The notes beneath the pieces were generated by a model. The model was not told where the DNA came from and did no database searches. It worked only from the letters and a program-made list of their open reading frames with translations. A DNA stretch of 64,000 bases, from positions 16,244,001-16,308,000 of the forward strand of contig NC_087436.1 of assembly GCF_036321535.1 (NCBI RefSeq). The letters run 5' to 3'. This document shows positions 26,311 through 38,974 of the stretch, piece by piece; the first letter of the stretch is position 1, and every line of letters starts with the position of its first letter. Position numbers and translations under genes: made by a program. Source of the stretch: Camelus dromedarius (taxonomy: Eukaryota).

Positions 26311-27029
26311 TGCAAAAATAGGCCCTATATTTAAAATATCTCAGTTACAAAAGTGCTCATTACATACTCATTTTCAAAAGTACCATTATTTAATATGTAT
26401 GATAAATCAGATAAAAAGTTTTTATCATTTTGATAAAAATTGATTAGACTTTGCTGTATGTCGTATTTATTGCAATTTTTTCTCTGTTGATATAAATATC
26501 AACTCCATATGTTAAGGATTTTGTAACTACAGTATATTTAATTAAAACTTTTATCTTTAACCTCTGTTAAATCAGAGTTCAAATATTAACTTTGTGTATA
26601 CATATGGACTTAATAACTAGTATTTATATTGTTCAAATTAACTTAATAACTACTTGAAAGGAATGTTAAAATGCCAAAGCATCTCACGGCACAGGGAATT
26701 GGGAGAGTGTGGGGTTATGCCTCTCTTGCCTGTGTGCTGGAGTCAGTTGGCTATCTTTAAAGAGAATGACCATTAATTGTTTTCTTTCTTAGTAGATATT
26801 AACTCATCATCAATACAATTTAGCTAACTAATTTAAGAACTAGGAAAAGAGTGAATAGTATGATGTTTCTATTGATTGATTGAAACATATTAGCCGTAGA
26901 AACTTAGTTTACTTTTAGCATACCTAAGTTTGTATTGATTTGAGCTGTTTCTAATTAGTGTTTATTTCAGTTTTTTAAGTTTGTATCTTATGACAAATGC
27001 AGTTGAAATAGAATCAACAAATAACAGTC

Positions 27030-27385
27030 AGGATATTAGTAGGGCCTGCAGTCATTCTGGGCCAGAGGGCTTTCCAAGAGGATGTGCTCCCATGCCTCTT
27101 GTAAGTAGGACTTGGTTCCTTACCAAGTCTGCCACTGCATAGGCTGCTTGAGTGTGTCCGTGACAAGGGAGCTGACTCTCCCCAGAACAAGTGATCTGAG
27201 AGAGAATGAGGCAGAATCCCCAGTGTCTTCTTATGACCTACCTCGAGTATCACATGCCATCATTTCTGCTCCATTATACTTGTTACAAGTGAGTTATTAA
27301 ACCCAGCCCGGGCTCCAGGGCAGGAAAATCAAGCTTCATCTCTTGTAGAGAAAGTATAAAAGAATTTGTGGACATGTAACAGGTT
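27030..27385. mobile_element. Old MaLR (MLT1-type) LTR remnant
   Basis: tcttatgacctacctcgagtatcaca...ctccattatacttgttacaagtgag...acccagccc resembles old MLT1 LTRs. Confidence 0.5.
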
Positions 27386-27799
27386 ACAACTTTTATAAGA
27401 GGCCCTTCTGAATTATTAGCAGTAGTTGCTTTACAATGCCAGTAAAGCTTTTGATTAGGTAATTTTATAATTTAATGAGGAACTTCAGGGTGCAGGAGGA
27501 AGCAGCTCAAAATGGCATAGTAGATTTCCTTATCTTAATAAGAAGTCCTTTTTCCTACTGATTATCCCTTTATTTTTTAAAAAATACTTTTATCTATCAC
27601 CTAATACGTATTATCATACTTAGAAACTTTTTGTAATGTTTTCCCACAGTTAATGAAAGCTAAAAGTCTTAATTTATTGAGTCAGTCATGTAAACAGATC
27701 TTTAACACCTAGAATGTCTCAGTCATGTAATGTACAACATAGATATCGTCTTGCCCAAAGATGTTTAAACAAATATGTAAATAAAATTTTAAAAAAATG

Positions 27800-28780
27800 T
27801 GTGACAGGAAGGATGTACTTAGGGTGTTGGGATACTGATTAGTGGAGTGGAGATGAAATGCTTTGGATAAGGTGGTCCAAAATGTCTTCCTGTGTGACTT
27901 TTACTTTTTGATTTGAAGGAATAGAGTCAGCTAACCTTTGAAAGAGTGAATAGCATGTGTAAAGGCCCTGAAACAAGATGGATCTTCCAATATTTTAAGG
28001 AATATTGGAAGTCAAGTATCACTGGCACTTAGTAATTTTAGGAAGAGAGTGTCAATTTGGAGGTGGGAGCTTATTGTAGAAATTGAGGTGAGATGTGATG
28101 CTGATAGTGTAGTTGAAGACAGACGTCCTGTTTAGAGGCTTTGAGGAGATACAGTTTATGTGACTTGAAGGTTAGTTAAATTTGGAGTATGAGAAATGGA
28201 GGTGTCCAGTGTGTCTCCCCAAGTTTCAGCTTGAATGGCCCAGTAGCACTGACTGAGATGGGGAACACTGGAGAAGGAGTAGTTGTATGTGTCCTTCCCC
28301 CATCTCCCCCAATGGTTGGGGTTGGGGTTGGGTTTAGGATTGTGGGGAGAAGGTGAATGGACTGAAAAGGAGAAATTTAGTTTCAGATCTCTTGAAATTA
28401 AAACCCTTGAGAGATGTCCAGACTGAAATGTTGAATAGGAAGTTGAATATAAGAAGGTATATCAAGATCTCAAATGAAAAGTGTGGTAGTTGGGAATCAT
28501 TACCATTTAGATGAAATTTGAAGCCTTGAGAGGGAATGGAGTCATCTGGGGAGAGACTGTAGAGTGGGTAGGATGAACTGGGGCTACGTTCTGGGGAAGG
28601 GCAGCATTGAAATGTTAGGTAAATGAAACAGAAAAACAAAAACAGGACGGGCTTGAAAACTAGGAAATCCAGGAAAAGGTGTTGCCAAAGGATGACAGTA
28701 TTTAAAGAAGATAAGATTTGATGACAAATCAGTAAGACATTGGCTGAAAAATGGCACTTACTTATCGCATCAGCAGTTTT
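27800..28780 (-). mobile_element. L2 remnant
   Basis: agcatgtgtaaaggccctga, actgagatggggaacactggag, gagatgtccag: typical L2 segments. Confidence 0.6.
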
Positions 28781-29611
28781 TGACTGCTGGGGGTTGAGTG
28801 CTGGGAGTGCGTCCATTCGGTGTCAACAAGCTCTAGCTGGCCAGCAGGCCCGTGAATTTGGTTGCAGTTTATGGGCTGCCTCTCTTGGTTCTGGTTTGAG
28901 TGTGAGACTTCTGAGTTGTTAATAGGACTGATGTGGGTAGAGACACTTGTATTAAATCCTGACCTACTACCGATGGCAAATGACAGAATTAGCCCTACTA
29001 TCACTTTTCTACCTGTAGCTCTTCTTGATCTGGAATATTCTCTCTGACACTTTATAGTACCCAACTGTATAAGCATGTGCACATCAGTACCGGTCATAAG
29101 CCATACTGGTACATGGAATTGGCCCAAAGATTCTACCCGCAGCCTCATTTTAGTTTTCTCTTCACTGTGAGTTTTGCCCAACCCTGTCACATGATTCAGG
29201 CATTTTTTTCCCCTGCAGAAACACTAACCAAGTGTTAGACATGTGTAATCAGGGATTATAACAGCTACCGAATCATCTTCTCTTGCAGTTTGAAGCTTGG
29301 TGTGAAGTACAGGATGAGGCAGAGATAAGGCTACACGGGGAGACTGGAGTAGTGGGGGGTGTTTTTCTCCTTTTTTCCTTTTTCTTCCTTTCTTTTTTTT
29401 TTTTTTTTCTCCAGGGTCTGTGCCAGTTTCTCTCCCTTACATACCTCCCTGCCTCTAGAGTGCCTGAGCTTAGAAGCTTCTTTCTTTCCACAAATGCTGC
29501 TGCAGCTCTTCAAAATAGTCCTTGGTACTTTGGGCCACTTCTGCACCCAGCAATTCTTCCTCCCATGGTACTCGGAAGGGCAGTGATTCAGGTTTTTGTA
29601 TCCAGCAGAGC

Positions 29612-32506
29612 TATAGCATATCAAAATTTATGGGATGCAGCTAAAGTAGTGCTTAAGGGAAATTTTTTAGCTTTAAATACCTATATCTGAAATCCTGAGA
29701 TGCCTATATAACACAAGTGACCTATGGTCCCACCTTTAGAAATTAAAAGAGCAAACTAAATGGAAAAAAAGTAGGAAGAAATGAATAAGGAACATTACAG
29801 CAGAAATCAATGAAAAACAAACAAAAAACAATAAATAAGATCAATTAAAGAAAAGCTGATTCTGGGAAAGGATTAATAAAATTGACATACTTTAACTGCC
29901 TAACTATAAGAAAAAGACATGTCATAAATTACCAAAATCAGAAATGAAAAAAAAAAACTTCCTACTGATCATATAGAAAATAAAAGAATCGGAAGGAAAT
30001 GTCCTGAACAACACTGACCAACAAATTAGACAGTTGAGGTGAGATGGATTTCTAGAAAGACAGAATTATCAGAATTGAGTCGAGAAGAAATTAAAATGCT
30101 GAATAGACCTATAACAGGTAAAGAAATTGAATTAGTAATTTAAAAATCTTCCCACAAAGAAAATGAAGTCCCAGATGGCTTTACTGGTGAATCTTACCTA
30201 GTTATATTAAAAATTCAGAGACTCATCCGGAAGACAGAGGAATAAGAAACACTTCCCAACTCATTCTGTGAGGTGAATGTTACCCTAATACCAATGCCAG
30301 ACAAAGACATCACAAGAAAAAACTATAGACCAATATCCCTAAGGAACGCATAACACAAAAATCCTTTAAAATGTTAGCAAACCAAATCTAGCAATATATA
30401 AAAAGGATTATGAAATAGCCATATGGATTTTATCACAGAATTGCAAATTGGTTTAAATCTGAAAATCAATTAATGTTATCTACCAGTGTAATAGAATACT
30501 GTACCGAAAAACCACATGATCATCTCAATAGGCACAGAAAAAACATCTGACAAAATTTAATACACATTCGTGACTAGAAACTCTCAACTGACTAGGAATA
30601 GAAGTGAATTTCTACAGACAGATAAATAGCATCCATCAAAACGCCCCACAGCATACACTGTACTCAGTGCTGAAAGACTGAATGCTTTTCCTCTAAGATT
30701 GAGAAGACTTCAGTCTTCCATTCTTATCACTTTTATCAACATTAAATTGAAGATTTCAGCCTGTGTGATAAGAAAGGAAGGAAAGGGGAAAACCGAAGGC
30801 ATTCAGATTGGAAAGGGAAATCGTCATTCCTAGATGACAGTGTGTACAATTTTTGCAGTGAAAATGAAAACATGACTGTTAGAACATAAAGACAGACATC
30901 AGTAACTTGAGACATTCCCTATTCATGGATCAGAAGATTCAACATGATTGCCATGTCCTTTCTCCCCAGATCTGTAAATTCAACATAATGCCTATCAAAG
31001 TTTAGTACACTTTTTTTGGACATTGAGAAACTAACACAATGGATCTAGAATTGCCAAGACAACTTTGAAAAAGAAAAACAAAATTAGAGGACTATCACTA
31101 TCTAATTGCAAAACTTACCATACATCCACAGTGATCAATATTGTATGGCATTTATACAAGGATAGGGATACTAATGAATAAAACTAAACTCAGAATACAG
31201 AAATAAACCCTTGCATTTATGGTTAGTTGCTTTTTAATAAAGATGCTAGCACAATTCAGTGAAGGAAGGGTAATCTTTAAATAAATGATACTGAAACAAT
31301 TGGATAGTCACATGCAAGAAAATAAACTTAACACTTACCACACACTATTCACAAAAAATTAACTCAAAATATATCATAGACCTATATTTAAGATCTAAAA
31401 CTAAAAAATTTCTCAAATAAGATAAAGGATAAAAGCTTCATCACTTTCATTTAAGCAAAGAGTCCTCAGATGTGACACCAAAAACATAATTCATAAAAGA
31501 CAAAAATTGAGAAATTGAATTAATCAAAATTTGAAACTTTTGTGCTTTAAACACATCACTAAATATATGAATGCATAAGTCACAGACTGAGAAAATATTT
31601 GTACATCATGTATCTAATAAAGGACTTATATCTAGAATGTATAAAGAACTTTTGTAACTCAATAATAGGACAGAAGCAACCCAACTAATGAAGGAGGGAA
31701 ACATTTCAATAGTCATTTCCTCAAACAAAATAAACATGGCTAATACATACATGAAAAGATGTTCAACAGTGTGCATTAAAACTATAATAAGATACCATTT
31801 TACACTGACCAGAATGGCTATGACAAAATATACAATAGCAAGTATTGGCAGAAATGTGGAAAAATTGGAGCATCCTACATTGCTTATTGGAATGTATAAG
31901 TGAAAACTGTTTGGCATTTTCTCAAAAAGCTAAATATAAACTCAACATACAACCCAGCAATTCCACTCCTAGGAAACTATCCTAAAGACATGCCAGCAAA
32001 TGTTCATCAAAAAAGTGTACATGAATGTTCCTAGTAGCATTTTTCATGGCAGGTAAAAACTTGAACAATTTAAATGTTTATTAACTTGTGAATTGATTTA
32101 AAAAATGTGTTATATTCTGTATTCATACAATGGAATACTATTCAGCAATCAAAAGAAGAAAGCTGTTAATACATGCTACCAAATGGATGAAAACATCATA
32201 GTTAGTGAAAGAAGCCTGATGCGAAAGATTACATGATGTATGATTCCATTAAGTGTTCAGAAAAGGCAAGTTTATAGAGACAGAAAGCAGATTGATAGTT
32301 GCTTAGAGCTGGGGAGAGGAATGGGGATTAACTGTAGAAAGGCACAAAGCAAGTTTTTGTAGTGATTAAAATATTCTGAAATACATTGTGGTGATAATTG
32401 TGCAACTCTAGAAATTTACTTTAAAAAGTAGTTGAATAGTACACCTACAAGTGTAAATTTCATGGTATGTAAATTATCCATTTGTAAATAAAGCTTTAAA
32501 AAAAAT
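29612..32506 (+). mobile_element. Decayed L1 (L1MB/MC-like), ORF2 to 3' end, sense to LRBA
   Basis: Begins YQNLWDAAKVVLKGNFLALNTYI (end of ORF 29283..29690). ORF 31688..31903 contains MANTYMKRCST...IRYHFT. Ends gtaaattatc...aataaagct followed by an A tract. Confidence 0.88.
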
Positions 32507-33200
32507 AGTTACCTTGTCCTCACTGGTAAGAAGAACTGTGACAGCATAGTTCTCTGAGATTCTGGGCTCCAAATGAAATAATTCATCCTGCCACCTATTT
32601 GGTATTGGTCAGTTGTATCGTTTGTTATTTACATTGCCTTGACAAAACACAGAAAACTTGGTTTTTTATTAAGCTATATAAAAAAAAATAGTTTCTCTTA
32701 CCTTTACCCTATCCCATGAATAAACACCTAGAGTTAGAATCCTCTTTCCCCTGTTACAGTGGGTATGCAAACGTAATGTTTAAATTTATAATGTACAAAT
32801 ATGTTGTCTTTAAGAGATGACTATTAAAATTGATAAAGATGTGAATACAATTTTATATGCATTTCTCAGTTAATAGAATTCCTTTTATGTCTTGTATGAA
32901 TTATTAGTCATACTATTATTAATCAACATTTATGGAGCCTAGATATTATAATGGCTTTATAATGACAGCTTACCTTAATGAACAGAACATGGACAGTAGA
33001 CCGGTCGCTAGTCCAGATCATTTGTTTTATCATTAATTGTCAATCGAAACATCTCTAGGATTCATTAGTATAACATGGATAGAACTTCTCAGAAAAATAC
33101 AGCTGCCATTTTAAATGAGCACAGATATTCATGATTTATTATTATAATATAGTTAATCTGAAGTTTAAATTGATTCTATGTCAAATTCTTTTTCTTGCAG

Positions 33201-33316
33201 GCGTATCTCATTAGCTAGTCCACGTCAACTTTTTAAAGTTTCTAATATGACCCAGCGATGGCAACACAGAGAGATTTCAAATTTTGAGTACTTGATGTTT
33301 CTCAACACAATAGCAG
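33201..33316 (+). CDS. LRBA: LRBA internal exon (PH-BEACH linker and start of BEACH), 116 nt
   Basis: Acceptor tttcttgcag|G, donor GCAG|gtaatt. Encodes [38 protein letters not shown](G), the hallmark BEACH start. Contained in ORF 33178..33378. Confidence 0.97.
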
Positions 33317-34280
33317 GTAATTTAAGCTCAGATGTTGACTTATTTCAAGTGATAAATTATTCATTGTGGTATGATTAGATTCTTTTCAGTACTAGTATAA
33401 ATAGGCTGTTTTTATTTTCATTATTACTACAGTAATACCTTATCAAGACTGATTTGATAATAGAGTTTACAGTTGTACATGAACAGTTGGCTACTTGAGA
33501 GAAATTAAAAATGGGTATACACTTTTTAAAAAATATAAAATGAAAATGTACAACTATTTAACATAGGAAGAATGGATTCATTGTGAAATAGTAGGAATGA
33601 AAAACCAGATAAAATTTTAAGAACCTATTAATAACATAATTAGTAATATATCATGTAATGAAACAATGAAATACAACATAGAGAAAAGAAAACTGTGGGT
33701 AAAAATTTGAAGTAAAGGAATATTTATATTATGACCCATATGTGAAAATCTGAAAACTAAATGGTCCTGTACAAGGTCTGTAATCATGTAATATTACTGA
33801 TGATCATCCATGGAAACTGTTCACTTTGAAAGAAAGTAAAGAATAGAAATGTGTCATTACTTTTCATATGTGAAAATTAGAAGAAAGAAAGGAAGGAATA
33901 CAATTGGGAGACATTTGAGATTCAGTTCAATGGGCTGACACATTTTATATTTGAAGCACAAAGGAAATACAAGGAGAATAAGACATGCTGTTTACTCTCA
34001 TAGAAATTATTTTAAGTATGAATGTGAGCATTTCTGTGATTCTCGAGCAAGAAACACCTCCAGATTCAATAAGAGATACGAAGTTCCATGAGGATTAAAA
34101 GGGCAGAGAGAGGCTGCAATTGTATCACGTTCATTCAGTTGGTGGGAGTAACAAAAAAGTCAGGAAACATGACATGTTTGTGTAAGGATAGATACTACTT
34201 TAGCTAGCAGAGCAGGTGGCTGGGAGATTAGAAGCCATTCTGTGTAAAACTGAAGGCATAAGTGAACTTAAAAGATAGCA

Positions 34281-34443
34281 GGGGTGGCGGGTATAGCTCA
34301 GTGGTAGAGCGCATGCTTAGCTTGCACGAGGTCCTGGGTTCAATCCCCAGTACCTCCTCTAAAAAAAAAAAATCAATCAATCAATTAATTAATTCACACC
34401 CCAAAAAAACAAAAACAAATTAATAAATAAATAAAAATTTTTT
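34281..34443 (+). mobile_element. tRNA-Ala(AGC)-derived SINE (Vic-1-like) with intact A and B boxes
   Basis: A box tagctcagtgg 34294-34304, B box ggttcaatcc 34337-34346, AGC at 34319-34321, A-rich tail. TSD aaagatagca (34271-34280) / aaagattgca (34444-34453). Confidence 0.92.
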
Positions 34444-34459
34444 AAAGATTGCAAGAAAT

Positions 34460-35830
34460 GAAGTATAGGTAGAGAACAATTAATGGTAGGGAGTGTGTGT
34501 GTGTGTGTGTGCGCATATAAAATACATATTCATAAAGGTATAATGAAAAAGAAAACCAGAAAGGTAGTCTGGAGACTTTCTTATGGAAGATTTTCTGTCA
34601 GTTTGAAAGTTAGCAGTAAATTCACAGGGAAAGTTTTGTAAGTTTTTGAACAAATGAATGATATCAGAACTGTTTGTAAAGTTGAAAGCAATATGAAGGA
34701 TAAATTGAGGTGGAGAGGGTCTAGGCAGAGAGCAAAAGTTAGGCAGCAAATATATGTAAAAAGTAATGAAGGCCTGCATTAGGCGACAGTAGGAATTAAA
34801 ACAAAGGATTAGATAACATAAGAATGTACAAGGTACAAACCATTTGACATTCAGCTGACTTGAATGTAGGGGGTAAATGAGAAGAAAGTGTCAGAAAAGA
34901 CTTCCAGGCTTCTAGTCTGGAAGTGTGTGTGATGCCATTAAAGGAAAAAGAAGTTGGAAGAATTAATCTATGGAAAGATGATGATTTTGCTGTTGCTGGC
35001 AAGACATGCAAGATAAGATATCAAAAGGAATTGTTGGAGTATAAGTAAAAGAGGGGATATGGAACTTAGAGGTAGGACATGGAATTCCACCTGCGTGGAG
35101 AGGAAATCACCGGGAGAGCTGAGGGTACCAAGCCAGGTGATACAGGAAGCAGTGAGATAAGGTCTGGGGAATGCTCTTGAGCATGACAAAAAGGAGGGCA
35201 AATTATTAAAGGAGAGAAGAAAATGAGTGATCCCAGAGGTTGTAGACTTAGTAGGAGGAGGACTAAGGGAAAGCAAACATATTGAGACACAAGGGGAAAG
35301 GGGAAATGGGGAAAGAAAGGCCTTGGCCACTGTACCAAATGTGATGGAGAGGTAGGGGAGAGTTACGAATGAGTACAGGCCATGCTTTTGGCATTGGCAT
35401 CTTAGAACTTACTGGTTACTTTATAGGAGTTCATTTTCAAAACAAGCAAAAAAGTTTGATTATAAGGCCGGAATGGTTGGCGATTAAATGAGAACATTAG
35501 ATACAGATTACAGCTTTCTTGTGTAATAGTAAAGGGAGATGGGTTAAGGCAGAGGAGAGAAACCATGAAAGAAGAAGAGAGAGGAAAATCTAACAATTCA
35601 AGTTATGAGGGAGGTATGTTCAGGAGCTCAGACAGAAGAATTACACCTTGCAGAGAATAAAGATGCTGTTAGAGACGTGGAGAAGAGGGAGTATCAAGGA
35701 GAACTGGAAGTTCAGGGCTCACACTGAGGAAGTCTAAGATGTATCAGTGAGGAGGATGATCATCTCACAGTCTGTTGAGGGAAAGGAATGAAGAAAGTTT
35801 GAACAGTTACATGGATTTTAGCGGGGGTTA
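34460..35830 (-). mobile_element. L2 remnants
   Basis: Purine-rich + strand with gacttccaggcttctagtctgg ... gatgccatt, typical of antisense L2. Confidence 0.5.
34493..34511. repeat. (GT)n microsatellite
   Basis: About 9 GT units read directly. Confidence 0.9.
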
Positions 35831-36010
35831 TATAACTAGTGACTGAAAGAATTTTTAAGTAGTAGAGACAGGAAACTATATAGCAAGTTTAAATGGACAT
35901 ATTTTACATGTGGTAAATCAGTTAACCTGTAGATTGCAGTGATAATTATGGAAAGCATTTATGAAATGGTCTGCTCTCAAATAGCTTTTAGTGAGCCTAC
36001 AATGTCTTTT

Positions 36011-36163
36011 TTTAAATTTTATTTACTTACTCATTTTTTGGCCAGGGGGTGGGGGTAATTAGGTTTATTTGTTTATTTTTGGAGAAGGTACTGGAGTTCA
36101 AACCCAGGACTTCGTGTGCATGCTAAGCATGCACTCTGCTGCTTGAGCTATACCCTCCCCTCT
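36011..36163 (-). mobile_element. tRNA-derived SINE (Vic-1-like)
   Basis: Same head on the - strand. Perfect 16-bp TSD gcctacaatgtctttt at 35995-36010 and 36164-36179. Confidence 0.93.
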
Positions 36164-37781
36164 GCCTACAATGTCTTTTAAATGTATCCCCTGGATGTTC
36201 TTTTTAAAGACTCAATCATTTGTTTTGGATGGTTTTTATATGCACTAGAAGCTAGGGTAGAGTATCCTGTTATTTAATGTTTTTTTAAAGTATTGTCTGT
36301 GATACATACAGGTTCTCATGGTATCATGACACATTTCCCAAAAGACAGTCAGTAGGCATTCAGTAACTATATTCTGAATTTAACTTAATTAGTAGAAGTC
36401 TGTTCACAATGAGTAGGTGCATACTCTTTTTTTTTTTTTTTGTAGGTACTATAAACTTGAGTAGATAGGCTAGAATGAGGATTTTACTGTTTACCAACAT
36501 CTCAATCAGAAGAAGAAAATCAAGGAGAAAAAGGGCATCAAAATAGACTGCTTTCTGCTGTTAAGTTCAGTAATTTTTTCTGGCAGAAATTAAAATTAAC
36601 AGAAATATGCAGTGACATCATTACCTCTGAATTAAAATTGTCCTAGTTATTTAGGTTTTGTAGGACTGTTTCCAGGTCAGTCAAGGAAGAACTCTGTTCT
36701 TGAAGCCCATGATGAATAGAGTGAAAAAAAAAAAAAAGTTAAAAACATCTAATTGTAGGGAAGGCTTAGATACCAAGGGTCTGTGTGGAGAGCTACTGGA
36801 ATATTTGGCTGTATGTTTATATGACATCCCTACATATTTGAGAACTGGAAAAAACTGGAGACAATAGAATATCATACACGATAAGAAGGGAATTCCAGCA
36901 ACATTACTGTACTTGTCTCTCTTATATTTTAGCCATAAAATTCTCTTCATGTTAAATCTAAATGAAAGTACGTCATAGGCTAGTAAAATGGAGTCAAAAA
37001 CCAACATTTTTACTCCTGAAAGAGTGATGCCATCCACTCTGCAGCCTCCCTGGAGTGGCAGTATCCAGACAACTGCCGTTTCTACAGGATAGGCTACCTC
37101 ATCCTTTGTTTTATTCATATTTTTATAGACCTAAATGTGTCATTGAATGTCACTAATTTAGAAGAAACATAGGAGAGTATGTGGCAGTATTTAGGAATGA
37201 GGTAAGCAACATTGAGAATGCTGTCCATCATTTTCAGAGAAGCATAGAATTTGAAAGCTGTCACAGAAATTTGAGAGTTATTTAGAATAGCCTCGTCATT
37301 TTACAGATGAATGCCCACAGGGGTTAAGTCACCTGAACTTGGTTGATGAGTTGGTTCATTGGTTGGCTAATGAATGGCAGAGAAAGGATGCTGGTTTTGA
37401 AAAACTATGATTGCAAATTGTTTTTAAACTTTTTAGTAGAGATTATTTAATTTGGTGCACGCATTCAACTAATACAAATAGTTAAGTATAATTTGTAAGA
37501 ACTTAATGTGGGCACAGAGTACCTAGATTTGAACATAGTTTGACCATTACTAGATGCATAATTTGGGGCAAGTTATGTAAACTTTTGTGCCTCAATTTTT
37601 TAATCTGTAAAATGAGTGTGATACTAATAACTTCGTAGGGTTACTGTGAAAATTCAACTAAATAGTGAACGGATAGCTGTGGGAACAATGTCTAGCACTC
37701 AAAATTGTTGTTCTTGTTATTTTTGTAAAGTGTATTCCCAAATGTTTATCATTTCATTTTATTATTCTAAATTAAGAATGA

Positions 37782-37922
<141 letters not shown>

Positions 37923-38974
37923 TAGTACTCATCAGAAATACTATCTTGCATATAAAAATAAATTTGATTATCTTTCTTTTACTTCATTTAAAAATATTTT
38001 AGTATAATTTTAACTTTAATATACTTTTTAAAAATTATTCTCACATTTAAAACTGAAACATTTAATATGCATGGTAAACTCAATAGTTATATTTTTTCTC
38101 CATGTGCATTTAATAGTACAGTATCTACCTCTGCTAAGGGTGTTAGCACTTGGTAAAAGATATGAAGAAAATCATGGAAACATCTCACCATACTCCTCTG
38201 AAAAGACAAGTCACCCCTCACTGCTCCATGTCTCCTAACCCTCCACCTCTTGCCCTTCTCTGATCCATTCCTCACCAGAACAAGATGGACCCCCTTTAAA
38301 CCTACTTTTGAATTGTATAAATTCGGTGCTTAGACACCTCTTGACTTATGAACGCAGAACGCACCCTGCCCAACTCAGAGCTTTGCCTTCTCTGTCATTA
38401 ATGTTCGTCTCCCTACCTTGTGAGTGGCTGACCCTCTCGGTCCTTTAGCAACACCTCCTCGTGGGGACCGTTCCTGACCACCTTCCTTCCCTGATATTCT
38501 GCTCTCTGTTTCTTTCAGAGCACCTAAAATGCCCTGCATTTTACATATTCTTCTACCTGCTTGTTTTGGTTCTTCCTGTTTCCTCACTAAGCCCCATAGA
38601 GTTCTTGGTCACCATTATTTCTCCCTTGCCTAGCACAGGGCCTGCCATTCAATTAATGTGTGAAATGAAGTCATTAACAAAACATATAAGACATTTCCCT
38701 CAAGTTCTAATAAATTAATTTTAAGTATGTTGCATTTTTAAATGTAAAACGTGTAAATAACAAAATGAAAATTGGCCCTAATTTATCATATATCAATAAG
38801 GAATAATTACATTATATATACATATACACATACATACTGGTTTTTATTTAAGTATTTTCTTATGTCTTCAGGTATTCTTGAAGAACTTTCCTTTTCTGTC
38901 CTGGATTATTAATAAATAGAATATCCTGAATCATCATTTTGTGATAAAAAATAGGGTTGTATATCTCTTTTTTT

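Noticed and set aside
34287..34358. Bona fide tRNA-Ala gene
   Set aside because: Carries a SINE tail and TSD, has three sibling copies in the window, and lacks an immediate T-run terminator.
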